A stretch of 63,398 nucleotides of DNA, filler included, from Trichodelitschia bisporula (Eukaryota): the NCBI GenBank assembly GCA_010356995.1. It is 6 parts of 4 records of this genome, joined end to end, with 100 filler letters (N's around TTAATTAATTAA, not from the genome) between each part and the next. Parts side by side here need not be neighbours in the genome. Positions count along the whole stretch, not along the records: positions 18,380 to 47,463 come from ML996710.1; 5 more parts are not named here. One strand, written 5' to 3'. This document shows, piece after piece, positions 36,050-47,563 of this stretch. A program made the position numbers and the translations under genes. How positions within the stretch are numbered: position 1 is the first letter of the stretch; each line of letters starts with the position of its first letter. The notes beneath the pieces are model-generated. The model was not told where the DNA came from. It ran no database searches and worked only from the letters and a program-made list of their open reading frames with translations.

Positions 36050-37494
36050 ATGAAGTCCCTCCTTCTAACCCTCCCGCTCGCGCACGCCGCCGTCGTGACG
36101 CACCTCCTCCGTAGGTCACCCGCCGTCCCCGCAGCGCCGCTCTAACCGTCAAGAACCCCGGCAGTTCGATCTGTTCGGCCTGCAGGCGGGCATGGCCGGG
36201 CCCGTAAAGCCGGCCATCCTGAAGACTAAAAGCACGCCCCTCATTGACTCCGGCGCCGTGCGCGAGAAGCTGCTCTGGGGCCCTTTCCCGCTTCAACCAG
36301 CAAATGTACCCCCCCCATATCCCGCCGACTCTGACCTCGCTAACCGCCCCTCCCTCAGGGCTCTCACCCCGCGGGCACCACCCTCAAGCTCGACCCGGCT
36401 TCCGATGTCATTTCGACTAAAATCTCCGGCCTGTGCACTGACTGCATGGTTCTCTTTGCCAAAGCCGACCTCGCTACCAAGACGGGCGAGAAGGCGGACA
36501 TCGGCCAGGGCGTCTACTCGCACCACGTCATCATCACCGACATCGGGCACCCGATGGTCATGATGCCCGTGACGGTGCGCTGCCCCGGCGGCGGCATGGG
36601 CGGGTTCAACTTCGGCGGGATGATGGCCGGGTCGAAGGGCGGGGACGCTGCGGCTAAGGGCGGCAGCGGAATGGCGGGGATGAGCCATGGTGGGCATGCC
36701 CCGGTGGTGCAGCGGCGACAGGCGAGCGACAGTCCGCTTAGTGGGCTGCTGGGTGCGCTCGGCAAGCTGGGTAGCACGCTTTCGACGCTTGCGCCGCCCA
36801 TTTCGGTGTTTGTGGGCCAGGGGGACGAGGGCTCGGGCTTGACGTTCCAGACGAAGGGCAGCACGCTGAAGAGCGGGTTCTATCTCAGTGCGAAGGACCA
36901 GTTGAACATGATGGCTGAGGTGATCAACTACAAGAATGTGGGGCAGGATGTGTACATCACGCTTGAGTATGAGTATATTCCTAACCTACCGACGCGGCCG
37001 AAGGAGTATCTGGATGTGGGTATGGGTGCCATCAACGTCGATCCTTGTGGCAAGGTTGCGCTGCGTAGGTCACCCCGGTATCCCATTCCGCTGGATGATG
37101 CTGACCATCAGACCCCCCCGCCGACAAGCCCGTCAAGTACACTTCCCTCCCCTGGGACGTGGTCGGCGACGGATACCTGCTCGACATCCGGCCGCATCTG
37201 CACGACGGCGGCGTGAACATGACCTTCTCGGTCAACGGCAAGGTGGCGTGCTCATCGCAGGCCGTCTACGGTGGTACCGACGGCGGCGCTGTCATCAACG
37301 GCGAGAAGTGGGAGACCATCACGGCGTACACGCCGTGCGGAGACCACGTTGCCATCAAGAAGGGCGACAAGCTCACGATGGAGGCGTGGTACGATTTGAC
37401 TGCTCATAGGCTGCGTCCCCAATCCACCGATCATGCCGAAAGTGCGGAGGGCATGGCGCTGGCGAACTTCATCTACGCGAAGCAGGTTGCTTAA
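36050..37494 (+). CDS. Secreted protein with a PHM/DBH-like copper monooxygenase ligand pattern (paralogue 2), 4 exons
   Basis: TATAAA at ~35987; signal MKSLLLTLPLAHA; WGPFPL; LCTDCMVL; GVYSHHV; RPHLHDGG; ACSSQAVY; GDKL..WYDLTAH; C-terminal EGMAL. Introns at ~36112-36153, 36306-36358 and 37065-37111 keep one frame. Confidence 0.82.
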
Positions 37495-37659
37495 GCGGTG
37501 CGTCAGTCACAACAGCAATAGAGGAGGCGATGACCGTCAAGAGACTCCCATGTAAATAACTATTATGGAAGCGAAGGAAGTAACCAATCGACTCGGAAGC
37601 CGTACTAGTGAAGAGAAGCGCCATTTTCAAACCACCTACTTCGCCGACAAGCCCGAAAT

Positions 37660-38111
37660 TTACTCGCCCTTGTACGTCTTCATGCAAACTTCGAAGTTGA
37701 TGCCCGCGACTGGGTCCTTCACAAAGGCAGCGTAATATCCAGGAGTATAGTTGCGCGGGCCCGGCGCTCCATTGTCCGTTGCGCCCTCCTTGAGGGCCAC
37801 CTCGTAAAAGGTCTTGATCTCCTCGACAGCTTGCTCCATTAGCATGATATACCGGGTTAGAGGGACTATCTGAACTCACTCTCGGCCGTAAAGGCAATGT
37901 GTTGCTTCTTCAGGCTCGTCGTCACCGCTGCCTCGTCGTCCTGGCTGATCGCAATCCAAAAATAGGGCCTCGTAACGCCGAGCCCGACGACCTGCGGCAC
38001 GGGGCGGATGATTTCCTTGAGGCCAAGATGCCCGACCGACTTGAGAAGGAAGGCAATGAGGGGCTCAAAGGCCGGAGCGGGGACAACGATGCTGAAGTGG
38101 TCGAGGGACAT
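37660..38111 (-). CDS. Glyoxalase/bleomycin-resistance (VOC) family protein, 2 exons
   Basis: MSLDHFSIVV, HIAFTAE-intron, ALKEGATDNGAPGPR..YTPGYYAAFVKDP..GINFE. Confidence 0.9.
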
Positions 38112-38794
38112 TGTTGCTGGTGAATTGGGGAGGTAAATTGAAGTGAGCTAAACGCTGGAGAATGTACAGCAAGTGCAGGTGAGAGGAGGCACAAGCTGGT
38201 GATGAGATGAGATAGAACTGGATTGTTAGCAGTCTACAGCGTCAGAGCTTCCTCCTCTTATACACGTCATCCCCACGCCGATCCTCCGCGAGGCCCCCCA
38301 CGAGCGTCTCCGTAATGATCAGCTAAGTGATATGCGACATGATGGTGGCAGGCAACAGTGAGGGGCTGCAGGGCCATTGACGAATGGACGCGTACGCGGT
38401 CGGCAGGATTAATGAACGACACGGAATCAGGTGATGGCGCGGTTCAATTCGTCTCCGCAGCCAATTGAAGCTCCAGGCAAGAGCGCCAAAAACACGCCGC
38501 GGCAGCAAAAGCTGCAGCAGAATGGAGATGGAGGACGCCCAGAATGTACGGCGCCGGTCAAAAACATACAAAGTGTGCCGACGTAAATACCGAATGCAGC
38601 CTGCTGGGCTTAATGAGCGACGCGATATCAGCTGACAACGCAGTGCAATCCGTCTCCACAGCCAATGAAGCCCCAAGCCAGAGAGCCACAGAAAAGATTC
38701 CTACAGTAGTGCGAGACGCGGCGCAATGCGCTTATGGTACAAGCGAGACGGACACAGGTCAAAAGCCCAGCAAGGGGAGGTCAACAAAAACATT

Positions 38795-38907
38795 GGGCTC
38801 AACCGCGAGTCGAACGCGGGACCTCTCGCAAACTCCCGAGGATGGAGACCCAGTTGAACTGGGGGGTGGCGGCCCGAAGCGAGAATCATACCTCTAGACC
38901 ATTGAGC
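38795..38907 (-). tRNA. tRNA-Pro(CGG) with a 42-nt intron (38831-38872)
   Basis: GGCTCAATGGTCTAGAGGTATGATTCTCGCTT-CGG-G [intron] TGCGAGAGGTCCCGCGTTCGACTCGCGGTTGAGCCC, followed by a T5 terminator. Confidence 0.93.
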
Positions 38908-39299
38908 CAATTGATGATGAGGGTGCGCGTAACAAAGTATAGATAGCAACAAATGCAAGCGGATTACCTTTGCCAACTCCTTCATCATCGCCTCCACCCT
39001 GGCCTCTCGTGCCAGGCGGGCGAACTCGTCCGTATGTTCTCGACTCCTAAATCGTTTGACGGAGGTAAAGATGCGACAAATGTTAGGGAATGAAGGCCAG
39101 TGTCAGCTCTTCCTGCAGTTGGTGGGTTTTCAACGGGCGTACGCTCCAATATGGGGCGTGGACAAAGGTGTCCTTGATATCATGACGGCAAGCTGTGCAC
39201 CACTCGATGACGCGCACAGCGATATCAAGCGAAGTAAAATCAAAAGTACCAAAGGGAGAAATTGAAGGACGCTAACGATCCGGTCACCGAGACCAAACC

Positions 39300-40300
39300 T
39301 TGAGCACCATCTGCTCCCCAGGGATGCCGTCCCTCACGAGTCTACTCTTCGCACTCGTTTCCGCTGTACCAACTCCCACGACGGACCGTACCACTGAGCC
39401 AAAGACGCGGTCGAACACGGGGCGCACGAAGGGCGCACGACGAAATGATGGTTGCAGCGCCAACTTCGATGATATATCCGATGTCAGCGCAAACCATGTA
39501 AAAGGACAAGTCGTTGATGTGGACCACGGACACAGCATAGGTGCCCAGTGCACCGGCGCTAATTGTGCTAGATCGTCACTCAAGGCGACACCGCATCAAA
39601 TCCACTCACATCAGACCGAGCGCAAATAGCGATACCACGCCAACTTTGTCGACGAGCGGAATCTGAAGCTGCCATCCCATGGACATGGGCAGCAGGAAGA
39701 TCATCGCATCGATACCGACGTCTAGGATGCCGATGGTTTCAAACCCCGCGACCAAAACAATGCACTTTGCCTTCGGATTCTCCGGATCCCAGAATCCGGA
39801 TATGGGTCGACAGACCAGCATCGACGTCCCGAGGACCCCGGCCATCCGCAGCACGATAAGCATCATACTCGTACGCCACGAGCTGGTGGCAGCCCTCGAG
39901 GAAGGAATCACAAACGAGCGTTCCGCAGATGCTGCACTTGACGAGGCCGATGGCAACGTGTAGAGTAAATGCATTGGGAGGGAGAACTCCATGAGGAACT
40001 GGCAGCGCTACGGCTCGAGGCTGGCGGCGTGATGCCCGATAGTGCCGAGAAGCACCACTATAACTGTTAGTCTCGGGACTGCAGCGCCGCAAGCACTCAC
40101 TTTAGGAGAGCACGACGACGACGCCGTAAAAGTACAGCAGCGGCCCCAGCACCATCCAGTCCTCGGCCTACAGGGCCATACGGTACGCCGCATGCGACGT
40201 GACTAGAGCCGGGACCCGGTTCACAGCGGCGCGAGCACGCCCAATACGACTCCGCATGTGATGACGGTGGACGTCGGCGCGGTCTCGGTAACTGTGCTAG
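39300..40300 (-). pseudogene. Decayed PTH11-like membrane protein gene (boundaries approximate)
   Basis: Fragments in different frames: EDWMVLGPLLYF, AIGLVKCSIC, CRPISGFWDPENPKAKC..ILDVGIDAMIFLLPMSMGWQLQIPLVDKVGVVSLFALGL. Confidence 0.7.
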
Positions 40301-41338
40301 CCGAATGGCGAGGCGGCCATGAGGTCGGGTGAGCAAGACGGCGGCGGAAAGGGGCGTGGAGAAGAGCTCAATGTCATGATGAACCTAAAAGTAAAGTGCC
40401 GCCTCCCGCCCCGAATAGCAATGCCGCGATACAAGATCGAGAGGGATGGCCAAGATAATTGCGGAGGCAACGCCTGGTCGGTGAAAGCTCGCTACATATA
40501 CATGCTTCTACGATCTCGTTTCCCCGCGATTGCCACGCGCCTCCTCGTTTCCGACTCCACGGACGTCCACTGCGCTAGGCCCGCCACCGTCGTGCAAGGT
40601 ACCGGTGGTGTAAGCGGGAAGCATCCCGCCTTCCGTGCCGCCCCTCGTTGTTGAGCAACCTCCGGAACGGGAGACCGAGATACCGGGTATTGGGACAAGA
40701 GCGCGTCTGGGGGCTGCGAAATGAAGCATTAGCAGAGGAACGGCGGTGGATGGAGTCCGTAGATATCATCTCTCAATCCCGTCGCGCCCTTCTCTTCGCG
40801 ACAGTTTTTTGTCCTCTTTCACGTCCGTCATCCCCACCTCTCTACATCTGCTTTTGGCGAATGGTAGCAGATCGCCCTCCTCCCAGGCCGTGACATCTCT
40901 CTTTCAGGCTACTGCTACCCGCTTCGCATTCTTGACGGCAGGAAGCCCCGCCTCGCCGTGCCGATCGATGTGATGAGGAGTATCGGGGCATATCCCGTAA
41001 GTTAACCCTGCGGGCACGTGGAGAATGTCGATTCGCTTCCAAAAAGAGTCATATGCGGCTGTAACAATGGTATTGCGATAGTTGACTGCCGGGGAGCGGA
41101 GTTGACGTCGGGATGCACAGATACGTAGTACAGAGTATCGACGAGAGGGCGGGAAATCCCGGCACCTTGAGCTTGGATCTTCAACCCGCATTCGCAAACC
41201 GTTGATTCTCCGCCGTCCAGCCCACAGTTCGACAGCGCCTCTGCCACAGCCGTTGGTATCGAGGTTGTCGCTGCCTCTCAACCATCAAAAGAAATTCTTC
41301 TATTTCATATAAATTACTTTACACTTTACCATCAAAAT

Positions 41339-41410
41339 GGCCGTATGGCGTAATGGCAACGCGTCTGACTACGAATCAGGAGATTGCAGGTTCGACCCCT
41401 GCTTCGGTCA
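41339..41410 (+). tRNA. tRNA-Arg(ACG)
   Basis: GGCCGTATGGCGTAATGGCAACGCGTCTGACT-ACG-AATCAGGAGATTGCAGGTTCGACCCCTGCTTCGGTCA; T6 tract downstream. Confidence 0.95.
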
Positions 41411-43762
41411 ATGACGAGAGTTATTTTTTATCCTCGGTTTAACGTCTGGTCTCTCTTTTTCGTGTCAAAAGCTAGTTTCTCTGAGCGTGGGTCGACGGTG
41501 TGGCATAAGGAGCGCGGCATTGCATGCAGCGGAGCTAGCTCCGGCCGAATCTTGTTGGTGTAGACCCACAGCATCTGGGCGTTCTCGCGCCTCCATCACG
41601 CCGTTGACAAGAGTAGGCAACAAGGCTTTAGCGTCATCTTTTGCAGCATGTTATCGAGCATTCCGCGGACGACTAGACACAGGAACGAGGAACACTCGGT
41701 TAGAGGGATGGGGAGATCGGCTCCGCTTCCACATTGACCTCGTCGGAAATGTAAGAACTATCCCATCTATGCAGGAGCCACTTGGTCTGCCATTGGCCTT
41801 AGGTGCGTGGCAATCACAGTGTACGGAATGTCCGGATCGATCTGTACCACCCAGTGGCTCTCCTGCCAAACTTCTTATCCTTCTCCGGCTCCGATGCGCC
41901 TTTAAAGCCGCCGCGATGGCAACCTTCTTCATGGTGCTTTCTCTCGGCATCCATGCGAATACACAGGCCCCGGTTCGTGATTTCAACCGTCCCCGGTACC
42001 GAGGACGACCGCACGACGGCCGCCGTATGGGCTAAGAAGCGTGGAGGTGAGGCCTGGAGATTGATCGGCTTAACGCGGTGCTCGAACTTCGGAAGCTACC
42101 ATGCGAGAATTGACTGCCCTACAGTCCTTTCGTTTCCCCCAACCGCCGAACGAAGGTTGGTCAGGCTTGCTATACAATGGCGGCGTATTGACGCTGGATC
42201 TGCTCCTGAGGGCAGTAGGCGATATCCTCCATGCGGGTTGTCTGACGGTGGGGGGTCCATCACATACGGTATCTGCTGACTGTCGGCATCCACACTCCTT
42301 GGTGAGGGAGGACTCGTTGATGCCTATAATCTTGAGATAGTGGCGGTAGGCTCACCTTTGTGTCTACCCTCTTTCACTCGGTACGGGACAGGAGACTTTC
42401 CTCAGCGGCTTTAGGACTGTTGATACAGAGGTTTGAAGGAATCGATATCAGCAGCCAACCCGCGATGCGGCTCGGGCCAGAAGACTAGAGAAGCCGCTTA
42501 CCACCGGGGGTTTTAAAAGAGTCGAGACTTGAACCTGGCGATACGTCTAAGTATTCCCTCGAAGTTCCCATCCCGCAGCCATAAAGCGCCCCTAAGCGTT
42601 GCGGCGAAGCCACCATCTCCGGAGATCTTGAATCGAAACAAGCTGCGAGTAATAACGGTCGGTTTCAGTCTCCGCTCTAATTGAATGCATCTGTAGCCTT
42701 CCCCCCGGAGATCTCAAGTTCTCATGCAAGAGCAACTTATATTTTGCTAACCTTGGGGCTCATTCGGCACAGAGCCGAAGCGATCACCCTCCCGTGCACG
42801 CCCAGAGAGATGCGAACGTACCAATGAGCAACATTAACCCTAACCCTACCACATAGGAATATAGTCCTGACATCTAAAGAAGTGATCCCCCCAATGCACA
42901 CCAGTATGCAAAGCCTCCTCCTAGTTCACGATGCTCAGATCCCATTCCTATCCATCAAAACCGCACCACGTCGCCGCCCAAAATTCCCCTTAAGTCCCCA
43001 TTGCGCCCCATCCCCTCTCGCAACTTCAAAATCCCTCAGCCCTCACCGCAATACCCAAAAGAAAATACCTCCGCCAATTTCCCCGACGCTAACCACCCTA
43101 TACCCCGCCCCGCCCCGGCCCGCACTCGCCCGCCCGTGCACCAAATTACCCCGCACCCGCCCCTAGCCCCGCACTTCCTCAGCCTTGCTGCCATCCGCCC
43201 CCAAAACGCATCCATCCTCCTCCCCTCTCCCCTCAGACTCATACCACACCTCCTCCCCCCAAAAGCCCCATCTCGCGCTCTTCTCACGTTCCTCCCACAC
43301 TCTTCGCCCCCACCATCTCCCCCGGTACTCGTTTACGTAGTCCCCCCGCCGGGCTGCACCGCATATGCACGCCCCGCCACATGCGCGCGCCACGGTACGC
43401 CCCGCATCGCTGGGTCAGGTGGCGGAGGAGCGGGGTATGCGATATGCGGGGCAGATGAGAAAGTCCTCAGTGAGGGGTAGGCAAGCCGAAGGGCAAAAGC
43501 CGGGGAGAGGAAATGGGGCGCGCGGGGCCGGATTAACAAAACAAGATGCTGGAGGAGGCTGAAGACAAAAGTCGAGTTCAGTTGCGATGATGTTCTCGCG
43601 CCAGTTTTATGTACTCCATGGACCAGTATCACACCAGCCCTTCCGCTAAAACGGAGCACTCCAAAAAGCCCCATCCCAACTCCCCATCCCATCCCATCCC
43701 ATTCTCCCATCCCATCCCATTCTCCCATCCCCCCAAACTCCTCCCCAAAAAAAAACCCCCAT

Positions 43763-44341
43763 CTACCGTCTCCAAACCCCAAACCCCGCAAACCTCACAC
43801 TCCCCTGCCCACGCCTCCACCCCCTCACCCCCTCCAACGCCTCCCGCTGCCTCTCCAACCTCGCACTCCGTCGCTCCAACACCGCCCTCTCCTCCCTCAA
43901 CCCTTCCATCCCGCCTCCCACCCCCCCTCCAATATACCCTCCCCCCCTCGCTTCACGCTTGCGTAACAGCGCCCACGCCCTCGCCAGCTCCGCCTCCAGC
44001 GCATCCAGCGCAGCCACCAGCGCCGCTGTCTCGGCGCACGTTTCGCAGTCGTCGGGGAGGAAGAAGGGGAGTTCGGCTACCCGCGGGGGCGGAGAGGTCG
44101 GGCCGTAGTGTGGCGAGGTCGGCCCGCGGGGTGACGAGGGCGAGTAAGGGCTTGTAGGCGGCGAGGAAGGCGGGGAATCGGACGCGGAGGAAGACAAGGC
44201 AGGATAAGACTCCCAGATCTGGCTGAAGCGCGGACACAAATCCGGCAGCAGCGCGGTGGGGAGGTAGAATGTTGGACTCGCCGGCGACGGGGGCGGGGAG
44301 GCGTGCGAGCAGGCGTGGCGGAAGGTTATGCGGGGTGGCAT
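43763..44341 (-). CDS. Hypothetical protein with Ser-Pro heptad-like stretch, CxxC and a coiled-coil-like C terminus
   Basis: 192-codon ORF MPPRITFRHACSH...PTSPYSPSSP.GPTSPHYGPTSP...DCETC...; no recognised family. Confidence 0.4.
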   Translation of the reverse strand: MPPRITFRHACSHASPPPSPASPTFYLPTALLPDLCPRFSQIWESYPALSSSASDSPPSSPPTSPYSPSSPRGPTSPHYGPTSPPPRVAELPFFLPDDCETCAETAALVAALDALEAELARAWALLRKREARGGGYIGGGVGGGMEGLREERAVLERRSARLERQREALEGVRGWRRGQGSVRFAGFGVWRR

Positions 44342-45712
44342 TTTGCCTCGTAGGGGAGTCCTGTGCCCAAAGCGTTGCTCCGCCGAAGGGTGATAGCCCA
44401 AGGTAGATAGCAAAAGCGATGCCGTTCAGGAAGACAGGAGGTGAGTTCAGCGGCCCAACGAGGCAGACGTGAAGTTGCGCGCTCCGCCTCCTCCCCCACC
44501 GGGCCCGCGGGCCCTCGCGGGTTTAACATCCTTCCCCGCCCGACGCCCCGTTGCCCGTCTCCGCCCCGCTGGCTTGCGCGCTGCGGGCGACGTGCTCGGC
44601 ACTGCAGCGTGACAGCGGGGATGACCCAGCGCGGGGTCAGTCGAACCTGTAACGCGGGGAAACAAGCGCGTCGTACGAGGACGAGGTGCGGGGACGTAGC
44701 ACGGCGGTGTGCTAACCGAACGCCGTGTGACGTTGCACAATGGGGGGGTGAAGCCCAGTGCCCGGCTGAGGGTAGATTGTTGAAGTATCACGTGGAGGCC
44801 GCGGACCGTCCTTGGTGCCCACGATTCGGCGCGCCGTCCGGCGGCGGTCGTCGCACTTGACGCCCGGTTTGGGAACCTGATAATGCGCGCGCTTAGGGCC
44901 ATGAGCTACCCGAAAAGTCGAGGCGTCTCCCCCGCCTGTACGAGTACGTACTTCACTGAAAATAGTGTATCAGTAACACTAAAGCTAGTATTTCGTCGAG
45001 TTGCCTTAGAGCTTGCAATGGGTTAGGATCGAGTTAACTAACCATTTTTTTACGCCCTTGGGTTTGCCTGTTTCTCCTCCGACGCAGTCAAAAGCTACTC
45101 ATGTACGAGTACATTTTGGTGGGGGGGGGGGAGGGGCCACGACTTCTTTCGGGTATCCTTTGGGCGTTGGGCTGGCGCGCGGCGGTGATGGACGGGTGAT
45201 GCCGGGATGTGTCAGCCTGATGGCGGGGACGGGGAAAAAGCAACACGGGAGTTTTCCGAAAAGAGAGTTTCCGAGGGGGGAGGAAGTGTGAACATTCTGA
45301 GTGCGGGGTCTACCAAGAGGAACGGAAAGGAGCGAGTCCGGAAGAGAAAGTGCCAGAAGCGAAGATACGCGAAGAGCGCGATCGAGCGTCGGCGAGAACA
45401 CTCAGAAACGATCTCGTGAAGTTGCACTACCGCCCCCTCTCGGCAACCCACGACTTACCTTCCAAGTTCAGGTCAAGCTGGTAACGAGCAAAGGTCACGG
45501 CAAGCGAAACGTCACTGCACACTCACGCTCGCTGAGTTTCAAGTAGAGTAGATGGGTTACGAGCCTAACATCCAGAATCCTTCCAACGATCCGTCGGGCC
45601 CCCAGAGCGATGGCTTCAAGTAAAGGCCAAAGGCGGATTGCCCTCCCAGGACGAGAAACCTAAGCCCGGGTCGAAGCCAAAGACAGTGCTATTCCCCGGT
45701 ATGGCCTCCAAA

Positions 45713-45970
45713 ACATCCCGAGGGGCCACCATTTGGACCGATGGACCAAAGCGTAGACGTGACATCGGAAGCGCTCAGCAAATGGACATCCCGAGGCGCC
45801 ACCATTTGGACCGATGGACCAAAGCGTNNNNNNNNNNTTGGACCGATGGACCAAAGCGTAGACGTGACATCGGAAGCGCTCAGCAAATGGACATCCCGAG
45901 GCGCCACCATTTGGACCGATGGACCAAAGCGTGGACGTGACATCGGAAGCGCTTAGCAAATGGACATCCG
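45713..45970. repeat. 73-bp tandem repeat, collapsed around a 10-N gap
   Basis: ACATCCCGAGG starts at 45713, 45786 and 45891, with a partial unit at 45964. Confidence 0.9.
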
Positions 45971-46492
45971 TCTCAACGCTCAAGACCGCTTTATCTCCGG
46001 AAAGGCGAAAGTAAAGCTCCCCCACAAAGCCAAAGTGGTGCTAGTTTGTTTCCATTGGATAAACGAGCGTTCGCACGGTCGCCGATCCGATCTTCCGTGG
46101 AAGGGCAATCGACTGGTCGAATTTCGGAAGGTCGAATCCGCCGTCACATCAAGCATTAAGCTTTGCGTGATTCAAGCGCCAGTGGATCATAGCAACGGGG
46201 TCGCGGCGGCTGCGGCGCAGTGCCACAGTCCGTTTGACAGCACTCACATTCCGGCACGGTGAGTGGCGGAGCCCAGGACAGCCGCATATGCGCACCGAGT
46301 GCGAAAGCACAGGCCGCCTCGCCAGTCGCGGACACCACCGTCTGAATGCGACGAACGAGAAAACGCGGGCGAGCCGTTTCACCGCCCGATCCAAGCCTGG
46401 GCATCCAGACTGCGCCTCCGCGCCTTCTCACGATCGGACATGTGTCCGCGGATCCCCGACCACGGCTCCATAGGGACACAGCAGCATGGCTC

Positions 46493-47052
46493 GCACACCC
46501 GTCAGGCACAAAGTCACGCACACCCATCAGGCACAAAGTCACGCACACCCGACGGGCCTGTCATCTCGCATATCGTCCCCGGGAGCGTTCCGATCGGGCC
46601 ACACTCTGCACCATTGAAGGGTATTCCCGGTGGCATTATTGCGCCTGAGCAGCTAAACAGCACGATTGCCAGGTCATGTTTACGGCCGACAGCACAAGTG
46701 CCGGGTGTGTACCTAGCGATGGAAGGTTTAGGAGGGGGAAGGCAGGGGGGGCTGCCATGCGATGGCGATGCGAGCGCGGCAAAGGCGAGGGCGAAAGATT
46801 GGCGATAGCTTGAGCGAGGCTTGAGACGCACGGGACGACGTACGCTCCTATATCGCTGGTGGGCTAAGGCAATATAAACACTCTCGGCGGGGGATTGAGT
46901 GGTGGAAAAAGCGAGAAGAAGACAAGGCGAGATGAGACTGGCCCGTCGGATGCTAATTAGCGGTGGACCCAGCGCGTGTCGGATGTGTCTCTGAGGGGTA
47001 TGCGTTGTGGGGTATGCGTTGTGGGGTATGCGTTGTGGGGGATGCGTTGTGG
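46493..47052. repeat. Short tandem repeats: 25-bp unit x2.3 (46493-46551) and 14-bp GGGGTATGCGTTGT x4 (46995-47052)
   Basis: Direct reading of the sequence. Confidence 0.75.
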
Positions 47053-47563
47053 GCGGGAGTGTGAGAGGGTGAGAGTATGCATTGCGTGTATAGTTAGGGA
47101 GATAGAAAGAAAAGCAGAGAGATAGCAAGGGAGAGAGGAGAAGAGGAGAGGAGGTGAGTCGAGACGATTTGATGAATACAATTGATGAAGAGTGTTGATT
47201 GAACAATAGTGGGAGAGAAAGAGACGAGCCACGGTTTCGCCCATATTGTCGGGTAAACAATGACCCGGGCCTGGTTACTCACTCTCAGCCCACGATAGAC
47301 GACTTGCATACTGTTCACTCTGTACACCCCACTGTAGCATATCGCCTTTGCCGCTTATTGATGGCCTCCATCTCGCCATCCTACATCGTCTCATCTTGTC
47401 TCCCACCACCGCTGACCAATTGGTCACCCAAATTTCTCGTCCAATTCGCTTTCAATTCCCACTNNNNNNNNNNNNNNNNNNNNNNNNNNNNNNNNNNNNN
47501 NNNNNNNTTAATTAATTAANNNNNNNNNNNNNNNNNNNNNNNNNNNNNNNNNNNNNNNNNNNN

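Noticed and set aside
42836..42850. Telomere-like TAACCC repeats
   Set aside because: Only two units; expected by chance.
42880..43760. Pro- or Gly-rich ORFs on both strands
   Set aside because: Products of C-rich low-complexity sequence; no supportable gene model.
45713..45970. CRISPR-like array (also the 19-bp array at 25594-26012)
   Set aside because: No unique spacers, no cas genes, eukaryotic context; these are tandem repeats.
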